A stretch of DNA of 33,311 nt from a virus. Taxonomy: Duplodnaviria > Caudoviricetes. The position numbers and the translations under genes are program-made. The notes beneath the pieces were generated by a model, which saw only the letters and a program-made list of their open reading frames with translations, was not told where the DNA came from and did no database searches. Location: positions 1 through 33,311 of the IMG/VR virus record IMGVR_UViG_3300010047_000008, one strand, 5' to 3'. Every line of letters begins with the position of its first letter. The first letter of the stretch is position 1. Positions 26,134 through 33,311 of the stretch are shown here, in pieces.

Positions 26134-28035
26134 TCACTCGACAATCACGCCACCCGCAGGCACCGTCGCGATCGCGGGCGTGAACCCGCCGCGGATGGTG
26201 ACTGGCGTGGTGCCACGGAATGCCCAAGCGGTTCCGGCGACGGTCGGCCCCATGTAGGCGACCTGCTCGAACGTCTCGGAGAACTCGCAGAACTTGTTCT
26301 TCTGCACGTCTTCCTTGGTGCGGACCACGCCGAGGTCGAGGGAGCCGCCGTCGAGCCGGGTGAACACACCAGGCAGGGTCAGCAGCCACTCGGCCGGGGT
26401 CGGGTATCCGCAGTTCGAGTCGAAGTTCGACGTGGCCGCGGTAGCGGCGGTGCCGACACCGACGGGGATGTCATCGATGTACCACACCGGGTCCACGTTG
26501 ATGTCCGATAGGTAGCCGTTGATCTCGGACCACGACGTGCTGAGCGTGTCGTCGCCGGGGATCTGCACCGCGAGATCCGACGCCATCGCGTCCCGCAGCC
26601 AGGCGGGGGCGTAGAGCCGAAGCTGCGTGGTGAGCGAGATCCGGTTGGCCCACCGGAACTGGGCGGCGGCGAGCCGGACGGTGACGAGGAAGTCACGTGC
26701 GACGCCGAGCGGCGTGTCCGGGGTGCCGACCACACCGGTCCCACCGGAGCAGGCGTTGACGACGCCGGGCGACCCGAAGATCGAGGCGAGCAACCACTGC
26801 TCACGGAACCGGGCCTGGGCGACCATCACGAGGTCCGTGGACGCCCTGACGAGTTCCGGGTTGGCCCGGGTCATCAGGTTGTCGAAGCACAGGCACAGCG
26901 GCACGGCCATCAGTTCGACGGTGTGCTCCTGACCGCACGGGATGTCCACGCACGGCTTCAACGCTTCGGGCGTACCGTCCATCGTGGAGCCGGACACGAA
27001 CTGGAAGTTCGGTGGCTGCCCGTCGGCGGCGGTGTTCTTCCAGAACCCGAAGTTGCCGTCCATCACCGCGGTGAACTGGGCGAGGGTGGGCGGCTCCTGC
27101 CAGATGATCCCGCCCCGGTCCACACCGAAGCTGGACAGGCTGTCCCCGACCGGGGTGTCGGTGGTGCCGATCCCGGGGATGTCGTACAGCGGTGTGCGCG
27201 GTGCGCACCACCCGGCCGCGGTGAGCGACTCGACGGACTGGTGTTCAGCGGCGTACTTGCGGATCTTGACCGAGTTGCCTTCCGGGTCGCCCCGGCGCAG
27301 GATCCGGTCCTCGCCGTACTCCGCTTCGAGATCGCGGCGGAAGCTGGCGACGATGACGTGCTCGCCATCGCCCCGGACGCCGCGCATCCCGTTGATCTTG
27401 CGGGTCAGCGCCTCGATGACTTCGTCCATGTCGGTGAGTTGCTGACCGGCGGTCAGGCCAGGGATGTCACCCCCGGCAGTGATGGCGTAGTGGGCCGAGG
27501 CTGCCACCGCCGCGGGCTTGTGCGCGTCGGGCACGTCGGCGTTCGTGACTTCTTCGGCCACGTTCTCTACCTCCGAGGTGGTTGCGGGAGCGACCGGCTC
27601 CCCGTCGGCTGACTGTGCGGAAGCCTCCGGCGCGACCTCGCCCGGCTCCCCCTCCGCGGGGGCTTCTGCGGGCTGGTCCGGTGCGTCCGGGGACTCCGGG
27701 GTGGCAGGCTCAGACTCGGCGGGTTCGCCTTCCGCGGGTGCGCCTTCTGGCTCACCGTCGGGAGCTTCCCCCTCACCGGGGTCATCGGTCTCGGCGCTGG
27801 CGGCGACGGTCTCACCCTCGACGGGAGCGGCTTCTGGGGCCGGTTCCTCAGCGGGTGCGGCGTTCGACCGCTTCTCGCGGACCTGATCGAGCGCGTCCGC
27901 AAGTGTCTGCATCGTTTCCACGTCACCGGCCGCATCGGCGGCGTCGAACGCGGCGACCATCTCGGTCTCCAACGATTCCAGTTCATCGGCGGACAACTCA
28001 TCGAGCCGTGCCAACCGTTCCGCGAACTCGTCCAT
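26134..28035 (-). CDS. Major capsid protein with N-terminal scaffold-like region
   Basis: Acidic coiled coil and E/P/A linker, then LTAAGWCAP...RGG...KPCVDIPC...LDGGSLDLGVVR...N....FSETFE, resembling the 'capsid hexamer' type of actinophages; ATG 28035 has AAGGAG RBS. Confidence 0.85.
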   Translation of the reverse strand: MDEFAERLARLDELSADELESLETEMVAAFDAADAAGDVETMQTLADALDQVREKRSNAAPAEEPAPEAAPVEGETVAASAETDDPGEGEAPDGEPEGAPAEGEPAESEPATPESPDAPDQPAEAPAEGEPGEVAPEASAQSADGEPVAPATTSEVENVAEEVTNADVPDAHKPAAVAASAHYAITAGGDIPGLTAGQQLTDMDEVIEALTRKINGMRGVRGDGEHVIVASFRRDLEAEYGEDRILRRGDPEGNSVKIRKYAAEHQSVESLTAAGWCAPRTPLYDIPGIGTTDTPVGDSLSSFGVDRGGIIWQEPPTLAQFTAVMDGNFGFWKNTAADGQPPNFQFVSGSTMDGTPEALKPCVDIPCGQEHTVELMAVPLCLCFDNLMTRANPELVRASTDLVMVAQARFREQWLLASIFGSPGVVNACSGGTGVVGTPDTPLGVARDFLVTVRLAAAQFRWANRISLTTQLRLYAPAWLRDAMASDLAVQIPGDDTLSTSWSEINGYLSDINVDPVWYIDDIPVGVGTAATAATSNFDSNCGYPTPAEWLLTLPGVFTRLDGGSLDLGVVRTKEDVQKNKFCEFSETFEQVAYMGPTVAGTAWAFRGTTPVTIRGGFTPAIATVPAGGVIVE

Positions 28036-28133
28036 GCGGACTCCTTCGTTGCAGGGTTGGATTCGGTACGTCTCGGCGTCTAGGGCAGAGGTACACCGCT
28101 CCTGCACAGGAGTCCTGGTCGCTCTGGTCGGGG

Positions 28134-28185
28134 ACCGTAGCAGGCCGACCCGGGCAACTGCGGGAAACCGGGGTTTCCGTATACT
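28134..28185. promoter_or_regulatory. Divergent promoter region (capsid leftward, small gene rightward)
   Basis: Minus strand TTTCCCGCAGT-N17-TACGGT; plus strand TATACT-N8-GTG; inverted repeat GGAAACC-gg-GGTTTCC at 28163-28178. Confidence 0.5.
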
Positions 28186-28193
28186 CCGATCTC

Positions 28194-28403
28194 GTGAAGT
28201 GCCGTCTGTGCGGCAAGCCTGGGGTCATCACGATCAACGACGACTCGTACTGCGAGATCCACGACGAGATCGGTGTCGAGCGGACCGCCCGGCTCACCGC
28301 TTGGAAGCATGGGCTGCCACACGACGCCATCGAGCACGCCGGACTGTGGGCGTTGGAGCAATACCTGACGAACCCGGAGGTTCGCCGGGCGTTGGAGCGC
28401 TAA
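28194..28403 (+). CDS. 69-aa zinc-finger-like protein, probably leaderless
   Basis: VKCRLCG...YCEIH; GTG 8 nt after TATACT; convergent overlap with the protease stop. Confidence 0.65.
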   Translation: MKCRLCGKPGVITINDDSYCEIHDEIGVERTARLTAWKHGLPHDAIEHAGLWALEQYLTNPEVRRALER

Positions 28404-29701
28404 GCCTTCAACGCGGCGAGCCGGTCCATCACATCCTTGGGTGCCCGCAGCGCCCGTGCCCGCTTGCGGATGTGGGCCAGCGCCTTGCCCCGGTCACTGG
28501 CCCGGCCGAGCGACTGGATCGCGTTGTTCAAGTCGTTGAGGTCCGCGATGGGGAAGCTGCCGTCGGGCATCGCGATCCCCTTCTTCGACGCCAACTGGCG
28601 TGCCCGAGCGTTCCAGCCGCCACGTGCGAGCAGCCCTGGTTGCGGCCCACGGACCCGTTCCCGCAGCGACGCTTGGAGGCAGCCGCCGGAGGACAGGTGC
28701 ATCGGCATCCCGTCACCCCACGTGGCGTATACCCGATCTCGGAGCGCTTGGAGCCGGTCTTCTTCGACGCGGCCTTCGTCCTCGTCGGGTAGTCCGACCT
28801 CGTCCTCGTCACCCTTGCCGCCTTCCTCGTCGGGAAGGTCTTCGACGGACTCGGCGTCGGGCACCGCGGTCATCTCGCGGGCCATCTCGACCGCAGCCGA
28901 CAGAGCGTCGCGGCGTTCGAGGATCCGGCCGAGCAGGGCGGCTTCGACCATCCGCAGCCGCTCATCGAAGCTCTCCATCGCCGCGGTCATCGCCCCGTTC
29001 GTCTCCTGCTCCGCGAACTGGGTGATCATCGCCTCCACCACTTCGGTGGAGCCTGCGGCGACGAGCGCCATCGGATGACCGGCAGCCACCCGGGCGCGTG
29101 GAATGGGGAAACCGGGGACGTTGACCGAGCAGACGGCGACCAGTTCGAGGTTGCCGTTGATCGGACGCCAGTCGCCCGAGACGCCCGACGCACGCAGCTT
29201 GCGCAGTTGGAGTTCGTCCACGTCGGAGCGCAACGCTCCGGCGACCCAGATACCGTGCTTGTCCTCCCCGACCGCCACGTCCATCATCGCGGAATCGGTG
29301 TTGTCGTAGTGGGCGACCGCCTCCGCAACCGACGCTTCGAGCGGGGCGTGCCCGCCGACGAGGGAGATCTGTCCGACGTTGATCTCTCGGCCTTCGGCGG
29401 TGTGCAACAGCCCGGTGGCGAAGAACGCGTAGTTCGACTTCGACTTGGGTGCCCGGATGCGGCCGTTCATCCCGATGTGATCCTGCTTCCACCCGGCGAT
29501 GTGCCCGTATACCCTGCCGTCGGACTCGATCACCAGCGGGGTGACCTTGTCGAGGGTGGGGGCGTTGAACCAGTCGGCGGGCGGGTTCACCGGGAACGCC
29601 GACGAGACCAGCACTTCGGGGTACTTCACCAGGTGCAACGACGGCGCTTCGCCTTCGTAGACACCGTCGGCCAGGTCAATCGGCTCGTCCAGCAGCGTCA
29701 T
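28400..29701 (-). CDS. Capsid maturation protease with C-terminal accessory domain
   Basis: PPADWF..P...TPL....GRVYGHIA.W..HIG...P.S...Y..F.TG, HYDNT, GED..GIWVAG, SGDWR, VNVPGFP; C-terminal AMPDGSFPI...DL.NAI...GRA...HI.KRA.AL. Confidence 0.85.
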   Translation of the reverse strand: MTLLDEPIDLADGVYEGEAPSLHLVKYPEVLVSSAFPVNPPADWFNAPTLDKVTPLVIESDGRVYGHIAGWKQDHIGMNGRIRAPKSKSNYAFFATGLLHTAEGREINVGQISLVGGHAPLEASVAEAVAHYDNTDSAMMDVAVGEDKHGIWVAGALRSDVDELQLRKLRASGVSGDWRPINGNLELVAVCSVNVPGFPIPRARVAAGHPMALVAAGSTEVVEAMITQFAEQETNGAMTAAMESFDERLRMVEAALLGRILERRDALSAAVEMAREMTAVPDAESVEDLPDEEGGKGDEDEVGLPDEDEGRVEEDRLQALRDRVYATWGDGMPMHLSSGGCLQASLRERVRGPQPGLLARGGWNARARQLASKKGIAMPDGSFPIADLNDLNNAIQSLGRASDRGKALAHIRKRARALRAPKDVMDRLAALKA

Positions 29702-29788
29702 CTCAGACTCCTTTCAGAACTCATGGCTGCGATCTGGGGTCTGGTAGGCGTCTGGTCTGGGCGTCGAGAATAGTCACGTGTACGGGAA

Positions 29789-32700
29789 TCAGTAGGGAAC
29801 TGTGCCCGCCGGAGCGGCCCCAGTCGGCTGCTCCTGGTCGAAGCCGAGCCGGACGAAGTCGGGTTCGGGCATCCCCGGGTTCTGCTCGAACTGGATGTCC
29901 TGGTCGCCGGTATACGGCTGACGGTGATCGACGCGGGATTCGAGGATCTCGTCGGGGATCCCGGCCGGGTAGGCGTCGCATTGCATTTCGACGGTGTCGT
30001 GGAGGTGGCTGCACGAGTAGCACATCGGGATCGCGAAGCTGGTCATGTCGTCTCCTTGGGCGGTGAGCGCTGACGCGACGGCGGCGGGCGGGGTGGCGGC
30101 GGGAGCTTCACCCTGGTCGGAGTCGATGATCCACTCCTGTTCCTCCTGGTCGCGTCCGCTGTTGATGTAGTCGGCAATGCGGATGCCGCGGCCTTCACCC
30201 GGTTCGAGCACGTACACCTGACCGCCGCTGAGCTTGGCGAACCGGTTGGCGGTGCGACGGTTCTGTGACCATGCCCGCAGGCCGGTAGGGGTTTGGGTGG
30301 CTCCCCGGTACAGCCGCATCGGGTTCGGGCGGCTGTTCGTTGCGAGTTCGTCCATGAGCGCTTTGGCTTGTGCCCGCATGATCTTGCCCGACCCCGAGTC
30401 CGGCTGCGGGTCACCGCGCCGTTCGTGAGCCATGTGGATCATCACGTTCGTCCAGTCGCCCTTCATCGACCACAGGGCGTCGCGGACCAGGGCGTCGTGA
30501 TCCTGTACCAGCCGCGGTTCGTCGCCGCTCATGTCCCAGTAGCCGCCCTCAGTGCCGATCGCGGCCGGGCCGGGTGTGTTGATCGTCTGCATCAGCGCCG
30601 GGCTGTCAGGTGAGGGTGCCCCCGGAGGGGCTGGTGCTTCCCCCAGTTCGACCCCCGCATCGACTGCCTGCCCGGTGCGCCACTGGTCGTACGTCTCGGC
30701 TGCCTCCGGGTAGTGGTCCCGCATCCCCGGCAGATCCAGGTACGGGCCGTTGTGCGCCCAGAACTGATCCCGCTGATCCGGGGTGAGATCGGCGTAGCTC
30801 GTCGTGCTCGTATACCGGTCCGGCGGCAGATGCTCCGACAGGCCCATCAGGTTGCCCCACTCGTCCAACGCCGAGTCGAGCGCGTCAGACGAATCCCCGG
30901 TGAGCCGGGCGGTCCACGCCTCCGCGTACCCTTCGGAGGTCTTCGAGTGCCCGTACTTGGTTGGGGTGAGCTTCGGGATCGCGTACCGCAGTTCTTGGGT
31001 GCGGGTCCAGTTCGAGGAATCGGGGAACATGCCGAACCCGTCGTCCATCACGACCGGCGACCACGCCGACCCCACGTCGGTCATGGACTCGTTGAGGTAA
31101 CGGAACTGGCGTTGATGGGAGAACTCGTGGACGAGGGTGAGCGTCGGGTCGTTGTACTTCGAGGACATCGACCACGACAGCGACCCGTGAGAGGTCATCT
31201 TCTGGTCGCTGGCGTATTCCTCGTTCGACGGTTTCATCGACCGGAAGTACATCGGGTTGAACGCGATCTGAATCTCCTTCGTCACCGGCCCGATCCCGCC
31301 CGGATGTTCAGTGCCGGGATGAGCGACGGCGATTGCGCCGCCCCACATGCCTTCGGGCACGAAGTCATCGATCCGGCGGGCTGTTGCCGGATCCCAGTTG
31401 GCGAGTTCCCGCCACGTGTTCGCCAGGTTGAGCGCGATGCCGGAGTCGTATTGCTTCACGTCGAAGATGACCGGCTTGCCGCGCCACGCCGACAGGTCGG
31501 CTTCCATCTTGTCCTGAACCCACTGCTTGCGGGCGTCCGGCGTCATCTGCTCCCATTCGGCCGGGGTCTGCAACGGGGCGAAGTTCGGGCCGTCGGGGTC
31601 CGCGACCATCTCGGGCAGCCCGTGCCGTGGCGGCGGTATACCGGTGTCCACGTACTGCGGGTCGGTCGCTTTCGGAGCTTTCGGCGGCTTCGAGACCGGC
31701 GGCATCCCGCCCTGCTTCTTGGAGAACCCGGGTTTGGCGACCTGACTGGGGCGCACGTCGATGGTGGCCCCGAACTGGGCCGGATCCCACCGGGAGTCGG
31801 TCACCTTCACCGTGATCACCGAGTCCCCGAGATGGGTGCCGTCGGCGGGGGCGATCGCGGCGATCTCGCCCTTCACTACCGGGTCGCCACGCTGGCCGTG
31901 CTGGAAGCCGTGCAACCCGGACACCTCGACCTCGCCACCGACGGCGAGCGGTTCCTTGTCGGCCCCCCAGATCTCCACCGACCGGCTCGTGCCCGGCACG
32001 TCGTTGAGGTACGCCTTCGGCTCCGGTAGCCGTTCGACCTGCGAGGACCGCACCTTGTAGCGGGGTCCGCCGTCCGGCTCCTGAACCCAGATGTCGTCCG
32101 GCCCGTCGATCTTCTCGACCCGGCCCCGCCGGTTCTGGACGTTGGTCCGCTGCCCGTTCTCGTCCATCCCGAACCCGAACAGCTTGACCAGCCCACCGAC
32201 CTCGATGAACTGACCGTCGCGGCCACGTGGATGCAGACTGGGGTCGAACACGGCGGCGGACATGCCGCCGAGCGGCAGTTCCTCCCGGCCTTCATCCCCG
32301 AGCCACAGCCCGACCCGGTCGAAGTAGGGGGCGTCGTCGGTTCCGGCCACGTGCGGAATGAAGTGCGGATGCTTATCCGGGTAGTCGTCCACGGTGCGCC
32401 CGACGAGGTTGTCGGCCATCGCGATGTCCCGAGCCTGCTGGATCTCCGGCGCTTCCACGAGCATCACGTCTTCGTCCCCGAACCGGGCCGGGGACAGCGC
32501 GGTCGCCTCGAACGGTTTCAGGTTGGAGGCGATCTGCTCCATGACGTTGCGGGCGGCGTTGCGTTGGTAGCCGTCGAGATCCTTGGATTTGCCCAGGTAG
32601 CAGATGGTGCAGTGCATCGGGCAGTGTTCGCCGTCGGCATACTCGACCTCGCCGTGGTCGCACAGCAGGACGATCACGGCCCCCTCGAACCCGCCGGAGC

Positions 32701-32875
32701 TTGCCCGCACCGGCCGTATACCGACGCGGGCTTCTTCGATCTCGTTGTCGATCTGGACGGCGGACGCTTGGAGGACGGCCCGTTCGTAGACGTTGTTGGT
32801 GAGTCCGGCCCGGACCCGCATCCGGCGTCGCTTCTTGCGCAGCGCCGCGATCAGCCCTGTGTCGATGTTGATCAC
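29789..32875 (-). CDS. Multi-domain (polyvalent) head-associated protein: 2H phosphoesterase, zincin, ADP-ribosyltransferase-like and Cys/His module
   Basis: HCTICYLG...FIPHVAG; FDPSLHPRGRDGQF; LVHEFSH...KYG....EGYAEAW; LYRG...AWS...EQEWII; CYSCSH...CDAYPAGIP..I....DH..P. Confidence 0.75.
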   Translation of the reverse strand: MINIDTGLIAALRKKRRRMRVRAGLTNNVYERAVLQASAVQIDNEIEEARVGIRPVRASSGGFEGAVIVLLCDHGEVEYADGEHCPMHCTICYLGKSKDLDGYQRNAARNVMEQIASNLKPFEATALSPARFGDEDVMLVEAPEIQQARDIAMADNLVGRTVDDYPDKHPHFIPHVAGTDDAPYFDRVGLWLGDEGREELPLGGMSAAVFDPSLHPRGRDGQFIEVGGLVKLFGFGMDENGQRTNVQNRRGRVEKIDGPDDIWVQEPDGGPRYKVRSSQVERLPEPKAYLNDVPGTSRSVEIWGADKEPLAVGGEVEVSGLHGFQHGQRGDPVVKGEIAAIAPADGTHLGDSVITVKVTDSRWDPAQFGATIDVRPSQVAKPGFSKKQGGMPPVSKPPKAPKATDPQYVDTGIPPPRHGLPEMVADPDGPNFAPLQTPAEWEQMTPDARKQWVQDKMEADLSAWRGKPVIFDVKQYDSGIALNLANTWRELANWDPATARRIDDFVPEGMWGGAIAVAHPGTEHPGGIGPVTKEIQIAFNPMYFRSMKPSNEEYASDQKMTSHGSLSWSMSSKYNDPTLTLVHEFSHQRQFRYLNESMTDVGSAWSPVVMDDGFGMFPDSSNWTRTQELRYAIPKLTPTKYGHSKTSEGYAEAWTARLTGDSSDALDSALDEWGNLMGLSEHLPPDRYTSTTSYADLTPDQRDQFWAHNGPYLDLPGMRDHYPEAAETYDQWRTGQAVDAGVELGEAPAPPGAPSPDSPALMQTINTPGPAAIGTEGGYWDMSGDEPRLVQDHDALVRDALWSMKGDWTNVMIHMAHERRGDPQPDSGSGKIMRAQAKALMDELATNSRPNPMRLYRGATQTPTGLRAWSQNRRTANRFAKLSGGQVYVLEPGEGRGIRIADYINSGRDQEEQEWIIDSDQGEAPAATPPAAVASALTAQGDDMTSFAIPMCYSCSHLHDTVEMQCDAYPAGIPDEILESRVDHRQPYTGDQDIQFEQNPGMPEPDFVRLGFDQEQPTGAAPAGTVPY

Positions 32876-32883
32876 CGCCGCGG

Positions 32884-32917
32884 ACTTTACGTCCGGCGGG
32901 GGTGCTGACCTGGGAAA
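32884..32917 (-). promoter_or_regulatory. Putative late promoter, leaderless transcript
   Basis: Minus strand TTTCCCAGGTC-N17-TAAAGT-N8-GTG, same as 12580-12613. Confidence 0.55.
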
Positions 32918-32960
32918 TCAGGGGAATGCTTCCCGTATACGGTATGTTGTATTAGGTGCT

Positions 32961-33119
32961 ATGACAGAGAACCATCTGACCACCACCCAGATCCGTGAGC
33001 TTGACCGGGTGTTCGCCCGTGGCGTGACCGCCCCCGCGGTCGTCAAGGCCCACACCCTCACCGAGCTACTCGTCCCCATGCCCGACGACGCCTGGGAGGT
33101 ACGCCCCGATGCCGCGTGA
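32961..33119 (+). CDS. Small hypothetical protein
   Basis: MTENHLTTTQIRELDRVF...; follows an AT-rich divergent promoter region. Confidence 0.55.
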   Translation: MTENHLTTTQIRELDRVFARGVTAPAVVKAHTLTELLVPMPDDAWEVRPDAA

Positions 33120-33303
33120 CCGCACCTACACCCGGCCGTACGGCTTCCCCCGCAACCAGGACGAGTACGACCGGCTGCTCGACATTATGCAAGACACCGG
33201 CCACGAGACCATCGACCACACGTGGGTGACGGTCTCGACCGGGGAGACCGTCTGCGAGATCTGCGATCTCGACCTGCGCGACTTTCTGGACGACGGGAGG
33301 TGA
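33109..33303 (+). CDS. Small hypothetical protein with H...CxxC
   Basis: GGAGG RBS, overlap with the previous gene, CEICD. Confidence 0.65.
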   Translation: MPRDRTYTRPYGFPRNQDEYDRLLDIMQDTGHETIDHTWVTVSTGETVCEICDLDLRDFLDDGR

Positions 33304-33311
33304 CGACATGA

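Larger units (their letters stand above)
1..33311. mobile_element. Tailed phage (or prophage) structural, lysis and accessory region, actinobacterial siphovirus-like
   Basis: Terminase, protease, capsid, major tail, neck, fibre and lysin genes; tight NTGA/TGATG overlaps; no host housekeeping genes. Free phage versus prophage cannot be decided from this window. Confidence 0.95.

Noticed and set aside
29702-29788. tRNA or ncRNA in this and the other intergenic gaps
   Set aside because: No cloverleaf or T-loop consensus seen; the gaps are explained by leaders, promoters or hairpins.

Overview
The whole window is a gene-dense, high-GC (roughly two-thirds GC by eye) tailed-phage segment of actinobacterial type; no host genes, integrase, tRNA or CRISPR are visible. 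Almost all genes are on the minus strand. Read right to left: a 1028-aa multi-domain protein (2H phosphoesterase, zincin and ADP-ribosyltransferase-like motifs), prohead protease, scaffold-fused major capsid, major tail protein with C-terminal repeats, SAM methyltransferase, and a lysis cassette (amidase, M15 peptidase, holin-like and membrane proteins, collagen-like membrane protein, lipoprotein transglycosylase). Then come an accessory block with a MoxR AAA+/VWA-metallopeptidase pair, an inverted HK97-gp10-like neck gene, a head-tail adaptor with inserted domains, a 1963-aa Thr-rich collagen fibre, two further S74-chaperone fibres flanking a GT4 glycosyltransferase, a tail-terminator-like gene and the 5' part of the large terminase (missing from the ORF track). 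The strongest unexplained signal is sequence-level: the palindrome GTATAC occurs 33 times by manual count. 26 copies lie inside genes, in all three frames, each using a codon that is rare at this GC (ATA, GTA, TAT). CCACGTGG is also iterated (12 copies). Conserved putative late and early promoter motifs are visible. All protein calls come from motif recognition, not database searches.
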